Shown here: piece after piece, positions 1-9,309 of the stretch
Numbering within the stretch: the first letter of the stretch is position 1
Layout of the letters: the number at the start of each line of letters is the position of its first letter
Assembly: GCA_035402985.1 (NCBI GenBank)
Contig: DAONEH010000003.1
Location: 561 to 64,560, forward strand
Length of the DNA stretch: 64,000 nucleotides
DNA from: a bacterium
GTDB taxonomy: Bacteria; Patescibacteriota; Patescibacteriia; Patescibacteriales; UBA12465
Reading direction: 5' to 3'
The notes under the pieces: generated by a model
The model's database searches: none
Told to the model about the DNA's origin: nothing
The model's input: only the letters and a program-made list of their open reading frames with translations
Program-made: the position numbers and the translations under genes

Positions 1-1
1 A

Positions 2-154
2 CGAGCCGAAGAAGCTCGTAAGAGAGCTGAAGAGTCATTAAAAGATCTTAGAGATATTGATGCTACTCAATTTGCCAATATCACAGCTCAAATTGAAAAA
101 GAATTAGCTCGAACTAAATCAGTTAAACGTTGGAGAAATTTACAAAATAGATAA
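2..154 (+). CDS. C-terminal fragment of an unidentified protein (gene truncated by window start)
   Basis: Frame-2 open reading from the window edge (...RAEEARKRAEESLKDLRDIDATQF...KRWRNLQNR) ends at TAA 152-154 and is followed by a hairpin terminator. No family recognised; not in the ORF track. Confidence 0.35.
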   Translation, partial: RAEEARKRAEESLKDLRDIDATQFANITAQIEKELARTKSVKRWRNLQNR

Positions 155-164
155 TTTGATAAAT

Positions 165-201
165 ACAAAAAAGAAGTTAATTAAATTTAACTTCTTTTTT
201 T
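165..201. terminator. Bidirectional intrinsic terminator
   Basis: Stem AAGAAGTTAA (171-180) pairs with TTAACTTCTT (187-196), 6-nt loop, A-run upstream and T-run downstream. It sits between the converging 5' fragment and tRNA-Cys. Confidence 0.6.
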
Positions 202-202
202 G

Positions 203-276
203 AGGTCCGAGTGGGATTCGAACCCACGAATAGCAGTTTTGCAAACTGTAGTGTTAGACCGCTTCACCATCGGACC
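203..276 (-). tRNA. tRNA-Cys (anticodon GCA)
   Basis: The reverse complement folds as a cloverleaf: acceptor GGTCCGA/TCGGACC, anticodon loop TTGCAAA, T-loop GGTTCGAATCC, discriminator U. One A.C mismatch at the top of the anticodon stem. No encoded CCA. Confidence 0.85.
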
Positions 277-325
277 ATTTATTTATATAAGCATATAATA
301 ATATATATTTTTTAAAAAAGCTATA

Positions 326-354
326 TTGACAAGCAAGTTTAAAAATTATATAGT
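326..354 (+). promoter_or_regulatory. Sigma70-type promoter (TTGACA-17-TATAGT)
   Basis: TTGACA at 326-331, 17-nt spacer, TATAGT at 349-354, about 60 nt upstream of the ATG at 413. Confidence 0.5.
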
Positions 355-412
355 TAGCCATTAATTTAGAACATTTACAATTCAAACAAATATAAACCAA
401 AACAAAATTATC

Positions 413-1036
413 ATGATTGAAAATTTACTTTCTGCTGAAGCCGTAAGTCTTTCTAAAACTTACATGACTATTGAAGAGTTTTTGAAACTCAAAAATAGAT
501 GGAAAAAATTCTATAGTAATGTATTGTATATTACTAATTTGGATTTTTCAACCATTAATTTTAACCCCGAAATTAATGGTTGTTGGTCAATTATCAATTT
601 CAACTGGTTGTCTTTAAAAAAAATAGGAAAAGTTTGTTCTAAATTATCTATTAATCTAGATATAAAGGATTGTGCTCTTTTGTTTGAAAATTTTGAAGAT
701 AATGCTATTTGTGAAAGCGAAATTTCAATTTCGTATTTTAAAGATGATATTGAAACTTCTGATTTTTTGGATAATACCCTAAGAGATTTAGGGGATGAAG
801 TTGATAATCTTATTAGTTTGAAAGAATATCTTTTACTGCAAAGTTTTTATTATTATCATAATAAAAAATTTTTAGATGAAAAAAAATCAACTTTTCTAAA
901 ACCAATTAGTTTGGGAAAAAATAATTATTTGTTTCTAATAGCTTGTTATGACAAAGAAACAAATTCTATTTTAATTACTGAAGTTGATTATGGTCATCAT
1001 CATCCAACTAATGGGGCTAGATTAAAACAAAACTGA
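413..1036 (+). CDS. Hypothetical protein, 207 aa, no recognisable domain
   Basis: ORF with its own promoter and terminator, host-like AT-rich composition. No TM segment, signal peptide or catalytic motif recognised. Confidence 0.6.
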   Translation: MIENLLSAEAVSLSKTYMTIEEFLKLKNRWKKFYSNVLYITNLDFSTINFNPEINGCWSIINFNWLSLKKIGKVCSKLSINLDIKDCALLFENFEDNAICESEISISYFKDDIETSDFLDNTLRDLGDEVDNLISLKEYLLLQSFYYYHNKKFLDEKKSTFLKPISLGKNNYLFLIACYDKETNSILITEVDYGHHHPTNGARLKQN

Positions 1037-1056
1037 TAATAATTGTTTTTATTTTT

Positions 1057-1087
1057 AAGGTGTTATTTAATTTTAACACCTTTTTTA
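1057..1087 (+). terminator. Intrinsic terminator
   Basis: AAGGTGTTA (1057-1065) pairs with TAACACCTT (1074-1082), followed by a T-run. Confidence 0.6.
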
Positions 1088-1091
1088 TTTG

Positions 1092-1115
1092 TAATAATAA
1101 TTATTTATTTAAAGT
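1092..1115 (+). repeat. 24-nt direct repeat, copy 1 (TAATAATAATTATTTATTTAAAGT)
   Basis: Identical to 1773-1796. Both copies lie just 3' of a terminator hairpin. Confidence 0.6.
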
Positions 1116-1134
1116 GAGTAATTTTGGATATATT

Positions 1135-1163
1135 TTGATAATTCTTTTAAAATATTGTATAAT
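1135..1163 (+). promoter_or_regulatory. Sigma70-type promoter (TTGATA-17-TATAAT)
   Basis: TTGATA at 1135-1140, 17-nt spacer, TATAAT at 1158-1163, 18 nt before the NUDIX ATG. Confidence 0.55.
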
Positions 1164-1181
1164 TATAGCAAAAATAAATAA

Positions 1182-1649
1182 ATGGATAACAAAGAAAAAC
1201 ATTTTACGGCTTCGGCTTTAATAGTACATAACAAAAAAGTTTTGTTGGTGAATCATTTAAAATTAGGAGTGTGGCTTTATCCTGGTGGTCATGTAGAGAA
1301 AGATGAAAATCCAGATCAAACCCTTATTAGAGAAGTAAAAGAGGAGACTGGGTTAGATGTTGAAATAATTAGCCAAAAAGATGATTGTTTCTCAGATATT
1401 GCAGCTGATGTTTGTTCTTTGCATATACCTTATGCAGTTTTGTGTGAATTAGTAGGTAATCATTATCATAATGATTTAATCTACTTATGTAGGGTTGTCG
1501 GGGACTGTAATAATTTAGTGTATAAAACAGATGAATCTGATGGTATAAATTTTTTTAGTAAAGATGAATTAGAGAATATAAAATTATTTCCCAATTTTAG
1601 AAAATTATTGGAAAAACTTTTTGAAGATATTCCTAAATTTTTTAATTAA
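1182..1649 (+). CDS. NUDIX family hydrolase
   Basis: Nudix box GGHVEKDENPDQTLIREVKEETGL (GX5EX7REUXEEXGU). Confidence 0.85.
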   Translation: MDNKEKHFTASALIVHNKKVLLVNHLKLGVWLYPGGHVEKDENPDQTLIREVKEETGLDVEIISQKDDCFSDIAADVCSLHIPYAVLCELVGNHYHNDLIYLCRVVGDCNNLVYKTDESDGINFFSKDELENIKLFPNFRKLLEKLFEDIPKFFN

Positions 1650-1772
1650 ATAAATATTTAAAAATATAAAAATATTAATTTTAAATACTCGTTCTTTTTT
1701 AGTTAATACTAAAAAAGGTGTTAAATCTTACTCAAAAGATGATTTTGATATTGTATTGGAGTCATCTTTTTA

Positions 1773-1796
1773 TAATAATAATTATTTATTTAAAGT
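1773..1796 (+). repeat. 24-nt direct repeat, copy 2
   Basis: Identical to 1092-1115. Preceded by hairpin AAAGATGA...TCATCTTT and by AAGGTGTTA at 1715-1723. Confidence 0.6.
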
Positions 1797-1862
1797 TTAA
1801 AAAAATAGAAAAATATGTTATAATAAATTTATATAATTAAATTAATAATTAAATTATATTTT

Positions 1863-2333
1863 ATGCTAAAAAAGAATAATGGTAAAAATGGATTAACCTA
1901 TAAGAAAAAAATAAGAGTAGCCGTAAGTGGTTATTTTAATCCTCTTCATGTTGGTCACCTGGAAATGATTGAAAAAGCTAAAAAATTAGGTGATTATTTG
2001 GTGGTTATAATAAATAGTGACCGTCAAGTTAAACTTAAAGGTAGTGTACCTTTTATGCCAGAGAAAGATAGAATAAAGATTATTAAAGCTTTACGAGATG
2101 TTGATGAAGTTTTTTTATCAATTGATAAAGATAAAACTGTTTGTAAATCATTAGCTAAAATTAAACCAGATATTTTTGCTAATGGTGGAGATCGAAAAAA
2201 TTTAAATGATGTTCCCGAATATGATATTTGTCAAAAATTAAATATTAAAATGGTTGATGGATTAGGAAAAAAAATAAGATCCAGTTCAATCTTAATAGCT
2301 GATGCCGCTTCTAAAAAAAACAAAAAAAAATAA
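1863..2333 (+). CDS. Cytidylyltransferase-family nucleotidyltransferase (HxGH motif)
   Basis: VAVSGYFNPLHVGHLEMIEKAKKLGDYLVVIINSD matches the class I nucleotidyltransferase fold of the RfaE-domain-II/TagD type. Substrate unknown. Confidence 0.7.
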   Translation: MLKKNNGKNGLTYKKKIRVAVSGYFNPLHVGHLEMIEKAKKLGDYLVVIINSDRQVKLKGSVPFMPEKDRIKIIKALRDVDEVFLSIDKDKTVCKSLAKIKPDIFANGGDRKNLNDVPEYDICQKLNIKMVDGLGKKIRSSSILIADAASKKNKKK

Positions 2334-2346
2334 GTTAAGTTGGTTA

Positions 2347-3387
2347 ATGAAAAATACTATTTTATGTTTAGTATTAATAGTTTTTTTATTTATTTTATTT
2401 TATTTGAAAGGAATAAATTCTTCTGGTAAAGGTAAAAATGAACAATCTTTTATTATTAAAACTGGTCAATCAGTTGATACTATTGCCTCTAATTTAAAAG
2501 ATAATGATCTTATAAAATCAAAATTTATTTTTAAATTATACGTAAAATTATCAAAGAGCCAATCTGCTTTTCAAGCTGGTTCCTATCAATTAAATTCTAC
2601 CATGAATATAAAGGAAATTGTTTATGAAATGACACAAAAAGTATTTTTAAAACCAGAAGAAAAGCTTACCTTTATTGAAGGTTGGAATTTAACTGATTAT
2701 ACTAAATTGATAAAAGAACATAGTTTAAATAATGCTTCTGATTTTTCTAAATTAGTAGGAGAACCAATGATTGATTACAGGGGTATGGAAGAGGATTATT
2801 ATCCTTATGATTATTCAAGTGATTATTTATTTTTACAAGATAAACCTAAATATTATGGTTTAGAAGGTTATTTATTTCCTGATACCTATAGATTTTTTAC
2901 TGATGCTTCCGCTGATAAAATTATTAGAAAAATGTTAGATAATTTTGATAATAAATTAAGTTCAAAAATGAGAGATGATATTGAAGCTCAAGGTAAAACT
3001 ATTTATGAAATTATAACGATGGCTTCAATTATTGAAAAAGAGGTTCAAAGTGAAAATGATATGAAAATTGTTTCTGGTATTTTTTGGGATAGAATAAAAA
3101 ATGGTCAAGCTCTAGAATCGTGTGCTACTTTAGCTTATATTTTAGGTATAGATAAAGCTCAATATAGTTATGAAGATACCCGAATAAATTCTCCTTATAA
3201 TACTTATATTAATCGAGGTTTACCGCCAGGACCAATAGCTAACCCAGGATTAAAAGCTATTGAAGCATCTATTTATCCTGAATATACTGATTATAATTAT
3301 TTTTTAAGTGATCCCGCTACTGGTAAAACTATTTTTAGTATTACTTACCAAGAACATTTAAGTAATAAAAATAAGTATATAAAATAA
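2347..3387 (+). CDS. mltG: Endolytic murein transglycosylase MltG (YceG-like)
   Basis: N-terminal TM helix followed by a YceG domain (MASIIEKEV, GLPPGPIANPG). I prefer the ATG at 2347 (MKNTILCLVL) to the track start at 2302, which overlaps the upstream gene. Confidence 0.85.
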   Translation: MKNTILCLVLIVFLFILFYLKGINSSGKGKNEQSFIIKTGQSVDTIASNLKDNDLIKSKFIFKLYVKLSKSQSAFQAGSYQLNSTMNIKEIVYEMTQKVFLKPEEKLTFIEGWNLTDYTKLIKEHSLNNASDFSKLVGEPMIDYRGMEEDYYPYDYSSDYLFLQDKPKYYGLEGYLFPDTYRFFTDASADKIIRKMLDNFDNKLSSKMRDDIEAQGKTIYEIITMASIIEKEVQSENDMKIVSGIFWDRIKNGQALESCATLAYILGIDKAQYSYEDTRINSPYNTYINRGLPPGPIANPGLKAIEASIYPEYTDYNYFLSDPATGKTIFSITYQEHLSNKNKYIK

Positions 3388-3401
3388 AAATTAAAATTTT
3401 T

Positions 3402-5705
3402 ATGTCTGATAATCTAAAAAGAATTTTAATTGCTGTTATTGGAATTATTTTAATTGTGGCAATATTTGCTTCCATATTTTTTGTTTTTAAAAATAAAAAA
3501 AACAAAAAAGTTTCAGAGCCTGTAGATATAGCTACTAGTACTGATAATGAAACTAGTGATAATTTAGGTGATTTAATAGAATCTTCTCGGTTAATTGGTG
3601 GACTTCCAACTAGTGATGAAAAAATAGGAGTTAATTTTTCTGGCAGTAAGGATAATAATTTAATAGAATATGTTTCTTTTTTTGATTATTATAAACCAAT
3701 AACTGATAATTTAAATTTAAATTTACCTAATTATTCTTTACCTTTTAATATAAAAACGGAAGTAGTAAATTATTATGATTTTTCTCGTAAAATAAATTTA
3801 GATTCAAGTATTAATTCTTTAAATACTGACGGTTTTGCCGTGGTTAATAATTCTTTATCGTCTAATAATTTTTATAGTATTTATGATGAGTTATATAAAA
3901 AACAAATTCCATTATTAATTACTTCAGATTTTTTAGTTTATTATTATCAACAAATTTTAAAAGAGACTTTTAAGGATGTAGAAAAAAATATTTTTTATTC
4001 TAATTTATGGGATATTAATGAATATTTATATGAAAAAGCTAATAATCGCTATGGAGAAACTTTAAAAATAACAGGAGATGTTAATGATCGGGTTTTAGAA
4101 GCCCAGAGATTAACTGCCGCCTATTTTGCTGTTTCTTTAGAATTACTTAAACCTGATAGTAAACAAATAAATTCTAAAAATGATATAAATAATAAAACAT
4201 TATTTACTCCATTTGAAGCTGAAGATTATTCTTTTATTGTGCCTGATTATTTAAAAGTTGATGTTGATAAGGAAGTAGCTTTAATAAAAAAAGCTAAAAG
4301 TCTTTCTAAATCTCCGGTATTATTATATGATCGTGATTATAAAGATTTTGTAATTCCTGATGAATATAAAAATAATGCTAAATTAAATAATTTTTATTTA
4401 GCTACCGAATGGTTATCATCTAATTTCCCACTATATTATCAAAGTGAGGAATGTCGTGATTGTTCTTTGGACTTTGATGATTGGCGTATAAGTATTATTT
4501 CTTCTTCTTATATTGCCCAAGATATTTTTAATAATTATGAACTTAAAAATAATTGGGCTCGTATTTATAAAACCTTAGCCTTTTTTAAGGGTTTAAGAGG
4601 TGACTTAACTTATGTCCATTATCGAGACGCCCTAACATCTTTATTTGGCGATAATTATAAAATTGAAGAAATTTTTAGTGATAATAATACGGAATCGGTT
4701 AATAATCTATATAAATTAAGAAATAAAGTTTTAGAATATAATTTTTTAGATATTGAAGGAGGTATTGATAAACAAACTAAGAATAAATTAGGTGTAAAAA
4801 TGTTAACTGATTTTTATTGGCCTAATGATTATATTTTTAATACTTTGTCTTATCCTAATGTTTCAAATTATCAAGGAGATAATTTAAATAATAATATTAC
4901 TTATTGTAAAATTAATGATATCAATCAAAGATGCAATGGTTTTTCTTTAGATGTTTTAGCTTTAGTTAATAAAGATAGTGTTAATAACAATAGTTATTAT
5001 TTAGAGAATTCCAATTATAATAATTATAATAAAGCTTTAGATTCTTTAAAATCTCAAATTTCACAATTTTCAAACATTTGGCATTATAATAATTATTGGG
5101 AAACATTAAGTTTGATAAAAGAATATTTAATAAATGATAAAAGCAAAATGCCAACTTATGCTCAAAATGCAAATTGGCAGAAGCAAGAATTATATTCGGC
5201 TGTTAGTTTTTGGGCTAATTTACAATTACCAGTTGATAATTTAAGTGTTTATCAAAAATATCAAGATCAATCTATTGTTTCTGGCGATAATGAGTTTATA
5301 AACTATAATTATATTGAACCTAATCTAAGTTTAATTAACGAACAATTAGCTAATGTTAATATGATTATGGAAATGTTTAAATTATTAAAAATAACTGATG
5401 AATTAAAATCGACTTTATTGGATTTAGAAGAGTTAAAAAATAATTTAATACAAATTAAAGAAATTATGATAAAAGAATTAAATTCTGAAGAATTAAGTAC
5501 TGAAGACATTAAGTTTATTTCTTTATTTAGTCGAGCTTATAAATTAGATTCAGCAGGTAATAAGGTTCTAGAAATTAGGGGAAGTAATAATAAAACAATA
5601 AAATATGATATTAGTAGCTTAAAATTAAAAATTATCGTATCTAAGTTTAATAATCAAAAAGCCTTATCAATTGGGCCTACTTTTAGTTATATTGAAAGCC
5701 GTTAA
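3402..5705 (+). CDS. Large membrane-anchored extracytoplasmic hypothetical protein (767 aa)
   Basis: Single N-terminal TM helix (ILIAVIGIILIVAIFASIFFVF), then a long Asn/Tyr-rich domain. Family not confidently recognised. Confidence 0.65.
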   Translation: MSDNLKRILIAVIGIILIVAIFASIFFVFKNKKNKKVSEPVDIATSTDNETSDNLGDLIESSRLIGGLPTSDEKIGVNFSGSKDNNLIEYVSFFDYYKPITDNLNLNLPNYSLPFNIKTEVVNYYDFSRKINLDSSINSLNTDGFAVVNNSLSSNNFYSIYDELYKKQIPLLITSDFLVYYYQQILKETFKDVEKNIFYSNLWDINEYLYEKANNRYGETLKITGDVNDRVLEAQRLTAAYFAVSLELLKPDSKQINSKNDINNKTLFTPFEAEDYSFIVPDYLKVDVDKEVALIKKAKSLSKSPVLLYDRDYKDFVIPDEYKNNAKLNNFYLATEWLSSNFPLYYQSEECRDCSLDFDDWRISIISSSYIAQDIFNNYELKNNWARIYKTLAFFKGLRGDLTYVHYRDALTSLFGDNYKIEEIFSDNNTESVNNLYKLRNKVLEYNFLDIEGGIDKQTKNKLGVKMLTDFYWPNDYIFNTLSYPNVSNYQGDNLNNNITYCKINDINQRCNGFSLDVLALVNKDSVNNNSYYLENSNYNNYNKALDSLKSQISQFSNIWHYNNYWETLSLIKEYLINDKSKMPTYAQNANWQKQELYSAVSFWANLQLPVDNLSVYQKYQDQSIVSGDNEFINYNYIEPNLSLINEQLANVNMIMEMFKLLKITDELKSTLLDLEELKNNLIQIKEIMIKELNSEELSTEDIKFISLFSRAYKLDSAGNKVLEIRGSNNKTIKYDISSLKLKIIVSKFNNQKALSIGPTFSYIESR

Positions 5706-5745
5706 TTTAATAATATTTGTGGATAAAGTCGGTATAAACTGTGGA

Positions 5746-5774
5746 TTGACAAAAAATATTTATTATTATATTAT
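5746..5774 (+). promoter_or_regulatory. Sigma70-type promoter (TTGACA-17-TATTAT) for rpoBC
   Basis: TTGACA at 5746-5751, 17-nt spacer, TATTAT at 5769-5774. Confidence 0.55.
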
Positions 5775-5845
5775 CTATACATAAAATCTTAATGTTAATA
5801 TAAAAGTGATTATTTATATTAAATAAATTTTTTAGTAGCTTATAA

Positions 5846-5875
5846 ACCAAGCCAAGTATGGCATTGGTGTTTTTT
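5846..5875 (+). promoter_or_regulatory. Terminator-like hairpin in the rpoB leader (possible attenuator)
   Basis: ACCAAGCC (5846-5853) pairs with GGC(A)TTGGT (5860-5868), 8 bp with one bulge, followed by GTTTTTT. It lies between the promoter and the rpoB start. Confidence 0.4.
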
Positions 5876-5954
5876 GTTGCCGGTTTTTTTTGTATATATA
5901 AAATTATTAATAAATTAATTCATATAAACAAGTTTAAGCTTGTTTGCTAAATTT

Positions 5955-8900
5955 ATGTCTAATTCTTTTATCGTAAAAAATTATATTAAAAATAGCGAAC
6001 GTCGATATTTTACCGATTTCAAAGAAGTTATGCCAATACCAGATTTAATAGAATTACAAAAAGATTCTTATAAATGGTTTTTAGAGGAAGGTTTGGCTGA
6101 ATTATTTGATGAAATCTCTCCAATCATCGATTTTAATAATAGAGAATTAGAGCTTTATTTTGGTGATTATTATTTAGATAAACCAAAATTTAATGAAGTT
6201 GAGAGTCGAGAAAAAAATATAACTTATGAAGCTCCATTAAGAATTAAAGCGATATTAAAAAATAATAAAACTTCTCAAGAAATCTCTCAAGAAGTTTATT
6301 TAGGTGATTTTCCTTTAATGACTGATAATGGAACTTTTATTGTTAATGGAATTGAACGGGTGGTTATTTCTCAATTAATAAGAAGCGCTGGAGTTATGTT
6401 TACAGCTGAATATATCCGAGGTAAAAAATATTATGGTGCTAAAATAATACCTAATCGTGGAGCTTGGTTAGAAATTGAGACTGATGTTAATAAGGTAATT
6501 TGGGTTAGAATTGATCGAAAAAGAAAAGTAGCCGTTACTTCTTTACTTCGAGCTTTTGGTTATGAAACTGATGAAGAATTAAAAAAACTATTTAAAGATA
6601 TTGATGTTGTTAAGAATGATAATGAAATAACTTTTATTGATGCTACTATTAAAAAAGATTTAGCAAAAAATCAAATAGAAGGTTTTCAAGAAGTTTATCG
6701 TCGTGTTCGTCCAGGTGATATGGCTGACGATAAAAACGTTAAACAAATGATAGAAAATATGTTCTTTCGTTTTGATCGTTATGATTTTGGACGAGTAGGA
6801 CGTTATAAATTAAATCGTCGTTTTAATGAAAATTTACCAATTAATAAAGAAAATAGAATTTTACGTAAAGAAGATTTATTAAATATTGTTCGGGAAGTAA
6901 TTCGTTTAAATATTACTAAAGAACCAGAAGATGATATTGATCATTTAGGAAATCGTCGAGTTCGAGCTATTGGTGGTTTAGTTCAAAATCGTTTAAGAGT
7001 TGGTTTAGCTCGAATGGAAAGAATTATTAAAGATAAAATGAGTGTAGCTGATATTAGTACTCTGTCTCCTAATAAATTAGTTAATGCTCGTCCCGTTATT
7101 GCTATTATCAGAGAATTCTTTATGTCCTCTCAACTTTCTCAGTTTATGGATCAAACTAATCCTTTAGCTGAATTAGAACATAAACGTCGTTTATCAGCTA
7201 TGGGCCCAGGAGGTTTAACTAGAGAACGAGCTGGTTTTGATGTGCGTGATGTACATACTACTCATTATGGCCGTATTTGTCCGATTGCTACTCCCGAAGG
7301 TCCAAACATTGGTTTAGTTGGACACTTAGCTAGTTATGCTCATTTGAATACTTATGGTTTTTTAGAGGCTCCTTATAGAAAAGTTATAAAAGATAAAAAA
7401 GGTTCACAGGTTAGTGATGAAATTGTTTATTTAGATTCTTTTGAAGAAGAAAAATATGTAGTCGCTGATGCTACTATTCCTCTTGATAATAATAATTATA
7501 TTATAACTGAAAAATATCCAGCTCGAAAAGGTGGTAATCCGGAAACAGTAAGCGTTGATGAAATTGATTTTGTGGGTGTGGCTCCTAATCAAATTATTTC
7601 TATTGCTACTTCTCTTATTCCTTTCATGGAACATAATGATGGACAGAGATCTTTGATGGGTACCAACATGCAACGTCAAGCTATACCTTTAGTTAAAGCT
7701 GAAGCTCCAATAGTAGGAACTGGAATTGAAGCTATTGCCGCTAGAGATTCTGGTCATATTATTATTGCTGAAGATGATGGAGTTATAACTAAAGTTGATG
7801 CTCAATGTATTGAACTTACCAATAGTAAAGGTAAAATTAAAAAGTATACTTTAACTAAATTTTTACGATCTAATTTTTTAACTTGTATTAATCAAAAACC
7901 AATTGTTAATATTGGTGATAAAGTTAAAAAGGGACAAGTTTTAACAGATGGTCCAGCTATTTCTAAAGGAGAATTAGCTTTAGGAAAAAATGTTTTAGTA
8001 GCCTTTATGACTTGGGATGGTTTTAATTATGAAGATGCTGTTATTATTTCAGAACGTTTAGTTAAAGAAGATATTTATTCTTCTATTCAAATAGAAAATT
8101 ATACTATTGATGTTCGAGATACTAAATTAGGTCCAGAACTTATAACTAATGATATTCCTAATATTTCTGAAGAGAAACTAAAAAACTTAGACGAAGATGG
8201 TATTATTAGAATTGGGGCTGAAATTTCTAGTGGTGATATTTTAGTTGGAAAAATAACTCCTAAAGGTGAAACTAGATTAAGTGCTGAAGAAAGATTACTT
8301 CGAGCTATTTTTGGTGATAAAGCTAAAGATGTTCGTGATTCTTCTTTGTATTTAGAACATGGAGAACATGGAAAAGTTATTGATATTAAAATATTTTCTC
8401 GTGAAGAAGGTGATAAATTAGAAGCAGGAGTTTTAAAATCAGTTCAAGTTTCAGTAGCTAATTTAAGAAAAATTCAAGTTGGTGATAAAGTTTCTGGTCG
8501 TCATGGGAATAAAGGTGTTATTTCTAAAATAGTTCCAATTGAAGATATGCCTTATATGGAAGATGGTACTCCAATTGATATTATTTTATCTCCATTGGGT
8601 ATTATTTCTCGTATGAATTTTGGACAATTACTTGAAACTCATATGGGTTTAGCTGCTCAAAAATTAGGCTATAAAGTAGCTACCCCAGCTTTGAACGGAA
8701 TTACTGAAGAACAAATTAAAGGAGAATTAAAAAAGGCTGGTTTTGCTGAAGATGGTAAAGTTGTTTTGTATAATGGAAAAACGGGTGAAGCTTATGAAAA
8801 TAGAATTACTGTTGGTTATAAATATGTTTTAAAATTGAATCATATGGTGGAAGATAAAATTCACCAAAGATCTATTGGCCCTTATTCTTTAATCACTCAA

Positions 8901-9272
8901 CAACCTTTAGGAGGAAAAGCTCAATTTGGTGGACAGAGATTTGGAGAAATGGAAGTTTGGGCTTTAGAGGGTTATGGAGCTGCTCATACCTTACAAGAAA
9001 TTTTAACTATAAAATCAGATGATGTTCCAGGACGAAGTAAAGCTTATGAGTCAATTATTAAAGGGGAAGAAATTCAAAAATTAAATGTTCCTGAATCTTT
9101 TAATGTTTTAATAAGAGAATTAAAAGGATTAGGTCTTAATGTTGATTTATTAGGAGGAACTCAAGGTGTAACAGAAGAAGATGAAGAAGAAAATTCTCAG
9201 ATTGAAAAAATCAATCAAGCTGATCAAGTTATTTATGATAATTCTTTACCAGTTAAAGAAGACAAAGAATAA
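5955..9272 (+). CDS. rpoB: DNA-directed RNA polymerase subunit beta
   Basis: Full-length beta subunit with conserved blocks (GTFIVNGIERVVISQL, NMQRQAIPL, GRHGNKGVISKI, GGQRFGEMEVWALE). The ATG at 5955 is preferred to the TTG at 5940 used in the track. Confidence 0.97.
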   Translation: MSNSFIVKNYIKNSERRYFTDFKEVMPIPDLIELQKDSYKWFLEEGLAELFDEISPIIDFNNRELELYFGDYYLDKPKFNEVESREKNITYEAPLRIKAILKNNKTSQEISQEVYLGDFPLMTDNGTFIVNGIERVVISQLIRSAGVMFTAEYIRGKKYYGAKIIPNRGAWLEIETDVNKVIWVRIDRKRKVAVTSLLRAFGYETDEELKKLFKDIDVVKNDNEITFIDATIKKDLAKNQIEGFQEVYRRVRPGDMADDKNVKQMIENMFFRFDRYDFGRVGRYKLNRRFNENLPINKENRILRKEDLLNIVREVIRLNITKEPEDDIDHLGNRRVRAIGGLVQNRLRVGLARMERIIKDKMSVADISTLSPNKLVNARPVIAIIREFFMSSQLSQFMDQTNPLAELEHKRRLSAMGPGGLTRERAGFDVRDVHTTHYGRICPIATPEGPNIGLVGHLASYAHLNTYGFLEAPYRKVIKDKKGSQVSDEIVYLDSFEEEKYVVADATIPLDNNNYIITEKYPARKGGNPETVSVDEIDFVGVAPNQIISIATSLIPFMEHNDGQRSLMGTNMQRQAIPLVKAEAPIVGTGIEAIAARDSGHIIIAEDDGVITKVDAQCIELTNSKGKIKKYTLTKFLRSNFLTCINQKPIVNIGDKVKKGQVLTDGPAISKGELALGKNVLVAFMTWDGFNYEDAVIISERLVKEDIYSSIQIENYTIDVRDTKLGPELITNDIPNISEEKLKNLDEDGIIRIGAEISSGDILVGKITPKGETRLSAEERLLRAIFGDKAKDVRDSSLYLEHGEHGKVIDIKIFSREEGDKLEAGVLKSVQVSVANLRKIQVGDKVSGRHGNKGVISKIVPIEDMPYMEDGTPIDIILSPLGIISRMNFGQLLETHMGLAAQKLGYKVATPALNGITEEQIKGELKKAGFAEDGKVVLYNGKTGEAYENRITVGYKYVLKLNHMVEDKIHQRSIGPYSLITQQPLGGKAQFGGQRFGEMEVWALEGYGAAHTLQEILTIKSDDVPGRSKAYESIIKGEEIQKLNVPESFNVLIRELKGLGLNVDLLGGTQGVTEEDEEENSQIEKINQADQVIYDNSLPVKEDKE

Positions 9273-9309
9273 ATCAATAATTTTTATTATATAATTTAAT
9301 TTTATCTAT

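Noticed and set aside
1739-1840. A 33-codon hydrophobic ORF (MILILYWSHLFIIIIIYLKF...) in the NUDIX-cytidylyltransferase spacer.
   Set aside because: It is a translation of A/T-only spacer that overlaps the terminator hairpin and the 24-nt repeat. It has no start context or conservation evidence.
2302-2346. Track start of mltG at 2302 overlapping the upstream gene, and the TTG start of rpoB at 5940.
   Set aside because: Downstream ATGs (2347 and 5955) give N-termini that begin at the TM helix and the conserved region respectively, without the overlap. The upstream extensions are A-run translations.
4981-5509. Antisense ORFs 4981-5172 and 5309-5509 inside the 767-aa gene.
   Set aside because: These are low-complexity shadow ORFs on the opposite strand of a much longer, coherent CDS, which is typical of AT-rich sequence.
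7431-7679. Antisense ORF inside rpoB.
   Set aside because: It lies entirely within a highly conserved rpoB region on the other strand, so it is a shadow ORF.
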